64,000 bases of DNA from Octopus vulgaris (GCA_951406725.2 OX597824.1:16430001-16494000), one strand, 5' to 3'; positions 1 through 12,727 are shown, counted from the first letter of the stretch. Notes: a model not told the origin generated them from the sequence alone. Translations and numbers: made by a program.

Positions 1-257
1 ATCCCCCGCCTTAGGCAACGTCAGCCATTTTGTAAGCAATAACGCTAACCAAAGAAATATTCCCTTTCCCTCTTATTTGAACTATAAACCAATAATTATA
101 TGTAAGGCACCATATAATTTTTTTTTTACATCCGTCTACCCTTCAACAGACTCGAACTGAGAACCATTTCATTGTTGTGCTCTTAATTTGGCATACGCAT
201 ATGTAAACGCGCATATACATGTACATACATATATACATACATACATACATACATACG

Positions 258-335
<78 letters not shown>

Positions 336-338
<3 letters not shown>

Positions 339-522
339 CCGCGTGTGTACCGTTGGCGATTTTTTTCCTCTGTCTTCCCTTCTCTGGATCTTTCCTTCTC
401 CTATGTTTCCGACGAAGAAACGTTAAACACTCCTTCTTTCCTTCTTTCCTGAGCGTCCAATAATACTATATTTGTTCCACGTCCTCGCGTTGTTGTGTTT
501 TTTTGTGCTTTCTTGTTTGGAT

Positions 523-527
<5 letters not shown>
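336..527 (+). mobile_element. Short interspersed module in (TA)n, probably a Penelope-like pLTR fragment; hammerhead stem II deleted in this copy
   Basis: Near-identical to 46572-46776. It reads gtttccgacgaag-aaacgttaaac where the other copy has gtttctgacgaagagctccgctcgaaacgttgaac. Flanked by (TA)n. Confidence 0.6.
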
Positions 528-557
<30 letters not shown>

Positions 558-611
558 CGGAGATGTACTCGCATAGCAAGTAATTTGATCTGAGATCGTG
601 TGCTGAAACGA

Positions 612-837
612 AAACAATTGCAGCGTGGAAGGTGTTTATAAGCCATTTAAGAAACACACAAAAGCCGTTCGATTCACTTCAACATTTAAGTTTAATTTGT
701 CAAAAATTAGTCAGTGAACAGGTCGCGGATTTTAGCGACGAAAATATTTTGACAAATTAAACTTAAATGTTGAAGTAATTCGAACGGCTTTTGTGTGTTT
801 CTTAAATGGCTTATAAACACATTCCACGCTGCAATTG

Positions 838-840
<3 letters not shown>
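612..840. repeat. Inverted repeat, ~94-bp arms (612-705 / 747-840), ~40-bp spacer
   Basis: aaacaattgcagcgtggaa...tttgtcaaaa is mirrored by ttttgacaaa...ttccacgctgcaattgttt with few mismatches; flanked by (TA)n. Confidence 0.9.
710..753 (+). ncRNA. Hammerhead-like motif with G3-C8 swapped core
   Basis: gtca-GTGAACA-g-gtcgc(ggatttta)gcgac-GAAA-atat-TT-tgac. Stems I and II pair and stem III is the palindrome aatatt. Confidence 0.55.
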
Positions 841-926
<86 letters not shown>

Positions 927-941
927 AATATACATACATAA

Positions 942-1126
942 ATTTGGTGTTCATTTGCTTCAGCTTTATTTTATATTAATTGTATTTCGGCTAGCGTTCT
1001 TTCGTCACAGTTCAGTGACCTGATCAGTGGTCCTTTGCATTCTCCTTTCTTTTTTTTTTTGTGTCTTTCCTTACTAATGATCAGCCATTTTATATAAAAT
1101 AAAACTGAAGCAAATGAACACCAAAT
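942..1126. repeat. Inverted repeat, ~35-bp arms, enclosing a degenerate hammerhead-like motif on the minus strand
   Basis: atttggtgttcatttgcttcagctttattttatat / atataaaataaaactgaagcaaatgaacaccaaat. The spacer reads ctgatca-g-gtcac(tgaact)gtgac-gaaa on the minus strand. Confidence 0.75.
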
Positions 1127-1524
1127 ATTTAGCGCGTGTGTTTTTATTGGCTAAACTGGCAACATGACCGTCCCCAAATACAACAATATCTGTTTCAACA
1201 CACGAATTCGCATCAAGAATCTTGCAAAACGAATATCTAAACGGTCTAAATATTAATTAGCATGAAAGCCTAAGAGGAAAATGCCTGGCAAAAGAAGAAA
1301 AGAAAATGCGAATTCTTCTACAATGGTATCTTATTTATAGCTCCATAATGTTATAAATTGTCGGTATTCATTCGATGGAATAGCCTGGTATATTGGTTAG
1401 CACTGTGTGAACAAGTATGGGACAAGCATACAGATTGACCCATACTTACGCACGTATACATACATATATATATATAGATAGATAGAGGTATCTGTGTGTT
1501 TTATATACATAAAATCTATGTATA

Positions 1525-1538
1525 TATTATTATTATTA

Positions 1539-1605
<67 letters not shown>

Positions 1606-1673
1606 CATCATCATCATCATTATTATTATCATAATCGTTATTATTACTATTATTATTATTATTATTATTATTA

Positions 1674-1756
<83 letters not shown>

Positions 1757-1979
1757 TAGTTTTATTTTTATAGCGTGCTTTCACTTCACTACCGAGCGCA
1801 GCTCTGTGTGCCTTGGGTATGTGCTGTAATTTGTTGTGATGCTCTGATGGTTATTGTATGGAAAGTGTTCTGCGTAGGATGTGTGCAGTACCTAGTAGTG
1901 CAATTTTCTGTATGTTATATGTGTTTGTAAGTCCTGGTGTTTTTGTTATGTATTTGTCTGAATATTTTTATTTTTATTA

Positions 1980-2040
<61 letters not shown>

Positions 2041-2065
2041 GTTATTATTATCATCATTATTATTA

Positions 2066-2096
<31 letters not shown>

Positions 2097-2140
2097 CATT
2101 ATTATTATTATCATTATCATTATTATTATTATTATAATTA
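1525..2140. repeat. (TTA)n microsatellite interrupted by a retrotransposon 3' end
   Basis: Direct inspection. Confidence 0.95.
1754..1969 (-). mobile_element. 3' terminal fragment of the R4/Dong-like non-LTR retrotransposon
   Basis: Reverse complement is almost identical to 38950-39165 (KYSDKYITKTPGLTNTYNIQKIALLGTAHILRRTLSIQ* plus 3' UTR); embedded in (TTA)n. Confidence 0.9.
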
Positions 2141-2261
2141 ACGTGGAAAAATCATGAGCAAAGCCGTTTCTATTCATTTTTTTTTTCAAAAATATATGAT
2201 AATATACGAAGGGCATTCTGTTTCGTATTCTACTGCTGCTCTTACCACACACACATACACA

Positions 2262-2356
<95 letters not shown>

Positions 2357-3550
2357 GTGTATATATATATATACACACACAAGCTCAGACGTACATACAC
2401 ATACATATAGTTTTGTCTGGACTGAAACATGCAAATTAAATGTATGACACAAATCCCTAAACATTTAAATCGTGTGTCTACTCCCTCCTCTACAAAATCG
2501 CATCAATACCCCACGATTGATTGCTATACTGTTACTTGTTTTTATTTTCTTCTGTTTCTCGTTTCGTCATTATATTTCCTCACACTGCTCCTCCTCCTCT
2601 CCTCTATACACGCTACGCGCCGCTCACCGCCAGATTTTTTTATCTGCTGATGACACGTCTCACGGATAATTCTGCGGTTTAGCTGTGATTTGATAACCTT
2701 GCTGGCCGAATCCTTGCAATTATTTGCTTAAATTAATTGTCCAGGATCATTTCTCTTCGCTTCTTAGCAAACAAACAGAACCAAAAACGTTCTCTTCTTT
2801 CATTAATTCTTTACTTTATGTCTTTTATTCACGCTCACACCATGTGCGAGAGCGTGTGTCTATCTTTAAATACACACTCACAAACCCACACATACATATA
2901 TATATGCACGTTGCAAAGTAATTGACCCAGAGGTTTAGCTGTGAAAGAAAACAATACGAACCATAATAAGGAAGGCTAAATGACTGAATGGTGATGCCAT
3001 ACGTTTTGTCAACTCTGGGTGGTTGGGTAAATGTTGGCACAAATGGAGGCTGCAAAATGGCGGTTTGTTGTACAAGAGAAAAAAGGCGTTATCGATCGAT
3101 TCAACCGAATTTAGTGACACCCGCGCAAGTTACAGCGATCGAATTGAGACATAGCCTGAAAATCGTCGAGGGATTCTTTATATTTTATTTTATTCTGTTT
3201 TATTATATATTTTTTTTCTGCTCATGTTCATTAGTTTTATATTTACTTTTCATGGTTTTTTTTTATATATATTATTGCTTTAATTTTTTTACTTTTGTAT
3301 TTCGATTAATATTTATGAAAGCTCTCTCTTTCCCTCATTGCCCATTCCGTTACCAACTGTGAAGCAGGGTTGGGTGAGAAACCATACGGGTATTTATTTG
3401 CACATCGAATGGATATCACGCATGGTGCTAACCGATGTATCGAGCTATTCTATCGAAAGGCGACCAACTATTCATATCGTCATCCGCGCCATAAACAAGA
3501 TGGCATTTTAGAGATGTGCATATTCTTTCTTTTCTTTTCTTTTCTTTTCT

Positions 3551-3777
3551 TTTACTTGTTTCAGTCATTTGACTGCGGCCATGCTGGAGCACCGCCTTTA
3601 ATCGAGCAACTCGACCCCGGGACTTATTCTTTTGTAAGCCCAGTACTTATTCTATCGGTCTCTTTTGCCGAACCGCTAAGTAACGGGGACGTAAACACAC
3701 CAGCATCGGTTGTCAAGCAATGCTAGGGGGACAAACACAGACACACAAACACACACACGCATATATATATATATATA

Positions 3778-3815
<38 letters not shown>

Positions 3816-3984
3816 TACGACGGGCTTCTTTCAGTTTCCGTCTACCAAATCCACTCACAAGGCTTTGGTCGGCCCGAGGCTATAGTAGAAGACACTTGCC
3901 CAAGATGCCACGCAGTGGGACTGAACCCGGAACCATGTGGCTGGTTAGCAAGCTACTTACTTACCACACAGCCACTCCTGCGCC
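3551..3984 (-). mobile_element. tRNA-derived SINE family A (CORE-like), with internal microsatellite
   Basis: Head ggcgcaggagtggctgtgtgg...gggttcagtccc, CORE-like ttgggcaagtg, tail ...gactgaaacaagtaaaag; several copies in the window. Confidence 0.85.
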
Positions 3985-4280
3985 TATATCTTTCTTTTTC
4001 GAATATCTTTCTGTTTAGTTTTGATTTAGAATAAAATAAAATAAAATAAATAAAATAAAAGGCTCCGCAGGATTTCACTTGCAACTAAATTTCAAATCTG
4101 TTATGGATGTAAACAGCGTGAATGTAGGTGACAAAATCAACATAGCATCAACAATGGCAAGTTTATGAGGAGGAGGAGGTAGAAATAATTAAACATAATA
4201 AAGGCAAGTCTGATGGTCATGCTCCTGCGGAAGATAATGGTGATGATCGTAATAGCGTTTTGTTTTGATGATTGTGTCGA

Positions 4281-4541
4281 TTCTTCTTCTTCTTTTTTTT
4301 TCTTCTTCTTCTTCTTCTTCTTCTTCTTCTCCTTCTCCTTCTTCTTCTTTTCTTCTTCGTCTTCTTCTTTTTTCTTCTTCTTCTTTTTTCTTCTTCTTCT
4401 TCTTCTTCTTCTTCTTCTTCTTTCTTCTTCTTCCTCTTTTTTCTTCTTCTTCTCCTTCTCCTCCTTCTTTTCTTTTCTTTTCTTTTTTTTCTTCCTTTCT
4501 TTCTTCTTCTTCCACTTCTTTTTCTTCCTTTTCTTCTTTTT

Positions 4542-4572
<31 letters not shown>

Positions 4573-4691
4573 TCCTTCTTTTTTTCTTCTTTTTCTTCTA
4601 TTCTCTCTTCTTCTTCCACTTCTTTTTCTTCCTTTTCTTCTTTTTCTCCTCCTCCTCCTCCTCCTCCTCCTCCATCTTCTTATCATTATTA

Positions 4692-4728
<37 letters not shown>

Positions 4729-4742
4729 CATCATCATTATTA
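4281..4742. repeat. (TTC)n/(CCT)n/(TTA)n compound microsatellite
   Basis: Direct inspection; includes a ~105-bp internal duplication. Confidence 0.95.
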
Positions 4743-4836
4743 AAGAAGGCTCGCTGGTAGAATCGCAACACATTTTATGTGAAATTTCGACATTTCTAAT
4801 CACTCATTCAACTATAATGTGTGAGTGCGTGTGCGG

Positions 4837-4890
<54 letters not shown>

Positions 4891-4894
4891 TGCA

Positions 4895-6035
4895 TTGGGT
4901 CATCCCATAAATAATGCGTTTTTTTCAATTGATGGGACGCGGACATGATAAAGTACCTACATCAACTTGCTATAAACGCAGGTAGTAATTTTACCCTAAC
5001 CTTATTCTTAGTGCAAGTTTTGAAGAGTGCAGTTCTATCTTAACATTTATTTTTTCGAAGCTGTAATGGAAGTGACAAAAGGGGCATATTCGGCATATTT
5101 TGCTTCATTGGGTTCAATAAAGGCAATAACGCAATGGAAAGTGCGAGGAATACTAATGCAGTATATGTGGATCGGACAACAAGCGTAAGCCAGAGTCAAC
5201 GGTGGTTTCAGAAACTCCGAGCCGGAAATGACAGCCTAGAAGACGAGCCACGTTCTAGAAGATATGTAGAGTTCGACGAGGACGTCCTGCAAACCCTGGT
5301 GGAATAAAATCCCATCGTATCTGTTGAGGAATAAGCAGAGAATCTTGTATTTGGTCGTTCAACGATTCATCGACTCCTACAAATCATCGGAAAAGTCAGC
5401 AAATCGGGTCAATGGGTTCCTCACAAACTGTCCGAGCCTAATCGCGCGCAGTGAGTGAATGTGTACTCTTCTTTCCTGTCATATCTCACGAATGAACCTT
5501 TTTTGGACCGAATAGTGGCTGATGACAAGAAATGGTGTTGTCACCTACTTTGTGGGATATGAAAGGTTTAATACACTTTGAGGTTTTAAATCTCCAGCCA
5601 AACGACAACAAGGGAGATCTACAGCATGAGTGGCTTAAGTCAGCGCTAGAAGAAAAACGACCATCTTTTGTTTCACGACAAAAGGTGTTCTTCCATCAGG
5701 ATAATGCTCAGCCACATACAGCAAGGATGACGTTCCAAAGGCTCGAGCAGTTCGAATAGGAAACGATGCCCCATCCACCATTTTCTCTGGACATTACTCC
5801 ATCTGATTATCATTTATTCCGTTGTCTTCAAAATCATTTGGATGGAAAAAATATGAATTCAGTAGACGAGGTCTGAACAGTACTAAGGGAGTATTTTTCA
5901 TCACGGACGGGTAAATTTTGGAAGAGGGACCATGAGAGCCTACCAGAGAAATGGAAGAGCATTGTAGATAATGAATTTTGTTTATCTTAACTTGAAAAAT
6001 AAACAAATTATAAAAAAGCCGCATTTATTTATGAC

Positions 6036-6040
<5 letters not shown>
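4895..6040 (+). mobile_element. Degenerate mariner DNA transposon (transposase pseudogene ~5066-5970)
   Basis: WVPHKL, HQDNAQPH and HPPFSLDITPSDYH (YSPDLAPSD-like) motifs with stops and frameshifts. Left TIR ttgggtcatcccataaataatgcg; partial right TIR cgcatttatttatga. Confidence 0.9.
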
Positions 6041-6108
<68 letters not shown>

Positions 6109-6332
6109 GATAAATCTCAGAGCGAGTTATAAACAGTAGCGGTAACACATCGTGACGCATATTTGCCATTTGAATATGGCTAACCCCTAAGGGTGGATGC
6201 TACTGTAGTTTGTAGCCCCAGGAAGATATCTCCTCCAGCTGGCTATAGACACACTATCTGTGTCCTCTCAGTATTTGTGAAGGGAAGTCATCCTCCCCGT
6301 CTTCAGCTCATGATACACACGAACTCGATGTT

Positions 6333-6505
6333 TAGGGCAGCGGACTCGCGGTCGTAGGATCGCGGTTTCGTGTTTGTTTATTGAGCGAAAGCAACTAAAA
6401 GCTCCATGAGTCTCCGGCAGGGGAGGGGGCAACCCCTGTTGTACTCTTTCACCACAACTTTCTCTCAGTCTTTCTTCCTGTTTCTTGAATAACGCTGCGA
6501 TGGCT
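6333..6505 (+). mobile_element. SINE family C fragment
   Basis: ttagggcagcggactcgcggtcgtaggatcgcggtttcg matches the copies at 16017, 49011 and 58625. Confidence 0.75.
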
Positions 6506-6530
6506 AGGCTTAAAAAGGGTGACGTTTATC

Positions 6531-6578
<48 letters not shown>

Positions 6579-6844
6579 ACTGATAATTCTTTACAAAAGA
6601 CAACTTCAAACAGAGACCTTTCATGACACCAAAACTTTTATTTTATACACTTATATTTAAAAGAACACACTATTCTATTAAAGGTGCTCGGGAAAATATG
6701 AATGTTTTACTGCTAATTAGTTGTTGCTTGAACTTTCAGTAATTACCATTATAATTAGTGACTAAAGCTGTCCAAACTATTCAACTCAATTCCTAATTTT
6801 TCAATAGGACGAATGCAGAATTTTCACAGATTTTCTGTGAGATA

Positions 6845-6950
6845 CTCTCTATACTTGTTTCAGTCATTTGACTGTGGCCATGGTGGAGCACCGCCTTTTG
6901 TCGAGCAAATCGACCCCAGAATTTATTCTTTGTAAGCCTAGTACTTATTG
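6845..6950 (-). mobile_element. SINE family A 3' fragment
   Basis: tacttgtttcagtcatttgactgtggccatggtggagcaccgcc matches the family A tail. Confidence 0.75.
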
Positions 6951-7000
6951 GCGAATAGATAATACCAATATATTTTCCAACTTCCATTTTTATAAATATA

Positions 7001-7566
7001 TTGAGTTGTCCGGAAAGTTCGTGCCGATTTATAGTAGCTCACTTTTCGACTTATTTTAGAACATGGTTGAGTCCATAAAATAGGATTTCACTACACCTCC
7101 ATCTAGAGCACAGTTTAAGCTATCTTTTCGTGGAAGAAGGTTTATGTTTCTATAACCTGTGTTAATTTTGTAACCCTCTTAAATGGAAGATAGGAAAGTT
7201 CATTTTCGGCACTTGATGCTTTGGGAACCAGGCAAAAATTGCTTCAGCTCGACTGAGATGTGTTCCCCAACCCTCAATATTCACCAGATATTGCTCTCTT
7301 GGATTTCCACTTATTCAGGTCTCTGCAGAATAGTCTTAATGGTAAAAATTTCAATTCCTTGGATGACGTAAAAAGATACCTTGATGAATTCTTTGCCATG
7401 AAACCAATTCAATTCTGGGAAGAGGGTATTTTCAAGTTAAAGGAAAGACCGAGACGCATTGTGCAACAGAATGGTTCACATTTGGCTGATTAAAAATGTA
7501 ATGGCAAGTATTTATTGACCTTTCTCTTTCCTTTAAAAATCAGCACGAACTTTACGGACAACCCAA
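7001..7566 (+). mobile_element. Internally deleted non-autonomous mariner with both TIRs and TA target duplication
   Basis: TA|ttgagttgtccggaaagttcgtgccgattt ... aaatcagcacgaactttacggacaacccaa|TA. The N-terminus MEDRKVHFRHLMLWE is joined to the C-terminal YSPDIALLDFHLFRSLQNSL...FWEEGI. Confidence 0.93.
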
Positions 7567-8072
7567 TATATATAAATACACACATATATATAGCTGAAGA
7601 AGATGTGAAGAGGATAGAGAGACAAAACTAGCAAACTTAGACGAGTAACATATGAATGTTCAGAATTCCATAACTTTGATAACACTGATGAATAGCGAAT
7701 AACTATAATGCGAAATATTTTCAGCTTACCGAACCCAATATAGTTTCTTACACAGACGAGACTTCTAACAAAACACTATCCACCATAAAAGCAGATACAA
7801 GATACCTTAATAAAAGCAGGGATAATCATTATGGTGAAATTATATACAACACAAAACATTTAAACTGTAAGCTTCCAATATAGCAATTAGCAAAAGAATG
7901 AATAGAAAGCAGAAGATACATATATAATTATCACATTCCATATATTTTTGATGACTAAAAGAGTTTCATATTATCCCAATTCATTTTTAATTTTATATCC
8001 TCACCTTGTATTGTTATCAAATTCTATGAAGTAAAGCCTTGTATTTTATTTTTTTATATTTCTTATATATAT

Positions 8073-8126
<54 letters not shown>

Positions 8127-8305
8127 CTATCTTGGCGTCTTTTTTTTTCTTTTTTCTTTCTAGCAATTAGCAAGAAGAATCAGAACTTGTATTAGACTTC
8201 ATGTTTAAAAATATGTCTTCTGTTGCGGAAAAGGGCCGTTCGCCATTCATAACCCATCATTTCCTATAATTGGACGTCTCTCTTTGTTCACTTAGTTTAT
8301 TATGA

Positions 8306-8358
<53 letters not shown>

Positions 8359-8390
8359 GATTATTATTATTATTATTATCATTATTATTA

Positions 8391-8437
<47 letters not shown>

Positions 8438-8638
8438 GAGTGAGAGAGCAGTTCATGCCATCAAAGTGACACTGGGGTAAAATATACGAAGCCCAATACA
8501 CCCATCATGACTACCCGTCTGATAAGGGTACACCAGGCACATGCATCACAACCATATGTGCGCGACATGGTGATCTCATATCAAGATAAACAGCACATGA
8601 CCTTTCAGGTGAGGCCCAGTTAGAATTTTCTTCAGGTT

Positions 8639-8640
<2 letters not shown>
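8438..8640 (-). mobile_element. (TAA)n-embedded non-coding retroposon family, 5'-truncated copy
   Basis: gagtgagagagcagttcatgccatcaaagtgacactgggg... is shared with 30967, 36285, 50510 and 50587; the left end is fixed and the right end varies. Confidence 0.8.
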
Positions 8641-8706
<66 letters not shown>

Positions 8707-9729
8707 CGAGTGAGTGGACAAACGTAAGAAGGGCACTCAACAAATTTATTGGGAGATACACGCATGCATCAAGACAGTTTGACTCAAATTCAAGATGGCT
8801 GACGACTAGCATCACGCCTGAAACTCAAGAGTACCAACGAATTTGAATCAAACTGTTTTGGTATACACACACATACACACACACACATACACGCACGCAC
8901 AAACACACACACGAACACACAAATATATGTACTTAAAGAAACTGGATCATTATAATAAGCAAAGAAGAATCTTTGCCTACATCCGTTGTTAACAAGAAAA
9001 GAATAGGAACTGAAAAATTATCAAATGAGAAAGAAAAGAAGAAGAGGTAAAATACAAAATTATCTTCAACATCATAATCAGCAACGACAACAATAACTGC
9101 AACAATAATAATTATAATCATAGCAACAATAATAATAAGACACCCCAACATAAACAGAATCGAAAATAAATAAAAATAATATAAATAAACTAAAGAAAAT
9201 CAAAAGGACAATATAAAAGAAAAGGTAATTGGGATGTTTACAGGTGCTGGATCTAATAAACTCATAGAGAAACCCCTGAAGGTTGTTTTGCTAAGGTTAT
9301 ACTGTAGTGTGTTGAAGCAACCGTGAAAAACACAATGAGCGCATGAAGGCAAGAAAAATTGCATGTCACACTTATATGGTAGATGAAATTACTAGACCGA
9401 GGTTAAATATAGGGGAGGAGAATAAATGTCCTGGTTTCACCGACCCCGAGCTTGGCTGCACCCGTTGTAGCTTTAATAGAGTCTGTAAGGGAATAATAAT
9501 AGACTGGACAGTGGAGAGAATGCAACAGGCCCAGTTTTCAAAACTGCACTAATTGCCATTTACGGCGGCATGTCGGAGTATATACGTGGCATGGTTTAGA
9601 GCGTGGTGGGAGCATCTCGTATATCTAGGCCAACAGTCCTGAGGACCTGTCCTTGTCATTTTAGCTGATGAGCTTCATGCCACGTGTTTGCTCCATTAGA
9701 GGTTGACCTGGGGCTAGTCAACAATAAGT

Positions 9730-9905
9730 GGAGGTGCGTGGCTTAGTGGTTTGGGCGTCGGACACATAATCGTAAGATTGCTATTTCGATTCCAGGACGG
9801 GGCGATGCGTTGTGTTTTCGAGCAAACCACTTTCTTTCACACTGCTCCAGCGTGGCAGAATTGAGCATTTCTCTGACGGACCGGCGTCCCATACAGGTAG
9901 GAACA
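9730..9905 (+). mobile_element. SINE family C-related copy
   Basis: A box tggcttagtgg and B-box-like atttcgattcc; body similar to 15742. Confidence 0.65.
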
Positions 9906-10055
9906 GGTGTAAAGTAATCCCTCGTCATATCGCGGTTCATCTATCACGGTTTATCACTTAAGCTTACGTCGAATACTCCGTGGTGTTGTTTTGCATTTAT
10001 AATAAAATAAAGGTATAGAAATTATATATATAAAAAAAAGATATACAGATATATA

Positions 10056-10600
10056 GGCGCAGGAGTGGATGTGTGGTGAGTAGCTTGTTTACCAACCACA
10101 TGGTTTCCGGTTCAGTCCCACTGCGTGGCACCTTGGGCAAGTGTCTTCTACTATAGCCTCGGGCCGACCAAAGCCTTGTGAGTGGATTTGGTAGGCGGAA
10201 ACTGAAAAGAAGCCCGTCGTATATATGTATGTATATATATATATATGTGCGCGAGTGTGTTTGTCCCCCTAGCATTGCTTGACAACCGATGCTGGCATGT
10301 TACTTAGCGGTTCGGCAAAAGAGACCGATAGAATAAGTACTGGGCTTACAAAAAGAATAAGTCCCGGGGTCGAGTTGCTCGATTAAAGGCGGTGCTCCAG
10401 CATGGCCGCAGTCAAATGACTGAAACCAGTAAAAGAGTAAAAGAGTAAAGAGAGTTGTCCCCACCAACATCGCTTGACAACTGATGCTGGTGTGGCTACG
10501 TCCCCGTTCGGCAAAAGAGACCGATATAATTAGTACTAGGCTTATAAAAAATAAGGCTTGGGATAGATTTGCTCGACTAAAATAAGTAAAAGAGTAAAGT
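10056..10600 (+). mobile_element. SINE family A with partial tandem duplication of its 3' half
   Basis: Full head to (aaagagta)n tail at 10056-10452, then a second diverged 3' segment. Confidence 0.85.
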
Positions 10601-11463
10601 ACTGTCTCTACTTCAAGGATTCTCACCCGGGTAGGATTTGGAATGTAACACCCGCGATAGTCGAAGGATTGCTGTATATACGTCACACAGACAGTCCTTA
10701 CAAATTTATATGACTAATTCTTAGCAACAACAACGACAACAACAACGGCAGCACCAACAACTAAAACAACAGCAGCAACAACAGCAAAAGGATTTGTATT
10801 CGTTCAGACCAGACAATTATTTCTCTAAGACATGGCTGTGAGGTTCTACACTGTTTCGGGTTCGGTCCGTCTTCGTGGCACTTTAGGGATGTGTATTCTA
10901 CTACAACAGCGGACCGACCAATTCTTTGTGAATGAATTTGGTAGAGAGAAAAGGTGAAAACACTTAAGGGGTTTGTTAGAAAAGTGGAGACCACAAGCGA
11001 TCGATTGAAGTTCAATTGGTGAATGTTTATAATGGTTGTGTATTACGGCGGTATTCTCACAGAACGGATGTAGGTGAAGCCCAAATTCTTTATACTAGTC
11101 AGTAGATAAAGCTGTTCATCGCATTTAAAATCCAAAGGTGAATGCGAAGGAAGCGTGTAAGTCTTCACAGCTATTTCAGGAATAGATGCGATTAGATGGA
11201 ACTGGTACATTTCTCTGCATGCAGTCGGTAGCCGATATATTAGTTGCAATGTATTCCATAATCGGAGGAAGTGAGAGATAGGGCAAATTTCGTAAAAAAG
11301 AGATAATAATAAAACACACACACATTCTGATGCGCATCTACGCTCTATGTGTGTGTTTTTATGCACCAAGCACCTAAATGAGGATCTAATCTAGGCTAAT
11401 GAAGCAGTATAATGATTACCATTTTGCATCAATACTGCTTCTGTCGCTGATTAGTATATATAT

Positions 11464-11548
11464 AGAGAAGAACACGATGAAATAAACAGAAAGAATATAA
11501 AAATGTGGATTTAGCGATGAATCATGGCGACTGTATATATATATGTGC

Positions 11549-11582
<34 letters not shown>

Positions 11583-11669
11583 GCACATATATATATACAG
11601 TCGCCATGATTCATCGCTAAATCCACATTTTTTTATATTCTTTCTGTTTATTTCCTCGTGTTCTTCTCT
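11464..11669. repeat. Near-perfect ~205-bp palindrome centred on (TA)n
   Basis: ORFs 11416..11607(-) and 11524..11718(+) start with the same peptide; arms agagaagaacacg...gtgcg and cgcac...cgtgttcttctct. Confidence 0.95.
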
Positions 11670-11700
11670 GTTGAAGAGCGTAGGCTCGAAACGTAAAAGA
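11663..11700 (+). ncRNA. Minimal hammerhead-like motif, A6U core
   Basis: CTGTTGA-a-gagc(gtag)gctc-GAAA-cgta-aaaga; stem I is imperfect in this copy. Confidence 0.5.
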
Positions 11701-11775
11701 CTTCCTCACTTTCCTTGAGCGTCTGCTTGTTGTTTATGCAGCCGTCTACATCGTTTCTTTTTCTGTAAATGTCAG

Positions 11776-11814
<39 letters not shown>

Positions 11815-11820
<6 letters not shown>

Positions 11821-12230
11821 CCGAAATTGCTACGATGATCCGGTTCTTGACTGAAGATTGAGGGCTTCGAAGGTCCCGTCCGTGTTTTTTATATCGTCTT
11901 TTAAGTGTTTTGCGTTCTTGTCCCAGTTTGTATTTTTCTACATATAATAATATATATAATAATATATATATATATATATATATATAACAAAATAATGAAT
12001 AAAACATAGGCATATATACATACATATATGTACATACCTACATCTATATGTATATATACATGCATATATGGGTACAGGACACCATAAAAAAAGTATAACA
12101 CAACGAGAAACGAAAAAATAAAAATAAAAACATGGAAACGGACTTTTTTCAAACAACGAAAAAACAGAGTACAGGACATACAATACAAGGAATATTCCCC
12201 TTCTTCAGTTGCCCCTGTTTCGACTACTCC

Positions 12231-12232
<2 letters not shown>
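11815..12232. repeat. Unclassified interspersed repeat fragments between (TA)n tracts
   Basis: The reverse complement of 12170-12212 (caactgaagaag...ttgtattgtatgtcc) resembles 20218-20250 (caactgaagaac...ttgtattgtcc). Confidence 0.4.
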
Positions 12233-12268
<36 letters not shown>

Positions 12269-12727
12269 CATAAATGATGGACAGATGGTTGTTAATACTT
12301 AATAAGATCTAAGTATGAATGTAATTAAGTAAACAGTGAAATCAGAGAAGTGCGTGTTCTTATGAATTATTCGCAGATAGGTAGATATCCTAGAGCACCA
12401 TGCCGTAAAATGATATATTAAAAGAGAGGAGTGTCCAAGTAGTCCTTTGAAGCAGTTCTTCAAACGTAGGCTGAAAGGTATACATCAAATTCGAACTTGG
12501 CAAAAATGAGAAAAGTGATAAGAAAATCTTTACTGCTGTTTCAGGGTTTGACGTACATAAGTGCAGAGTTGTGGATTGTGAATGTATATGAAGTAGTTCA
12601 AATTTAAATTACGTTAACACTCATCTCTCATCGGATGCAGGGAAGCGAAACATCTACGTTGTTGTATCCAACGCTTTTACATCTCTATGAATATTCCGCC
12701 TCGGATAAGACAAAAGAAATATATTGT

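Noticed and set aside
2647-2670. CTGATGA heptamers at ~2647, ~9665 and ~37036 as hammerheads
   Set aside because: No stem II closed by GAAA and no stem I.
11820-11882. GAAA...CTGAAGA arrangement as a type II hammerhead (also 12190-12230 and 20194-20235)
   Set aside because: I could not build consistent stems by eye.
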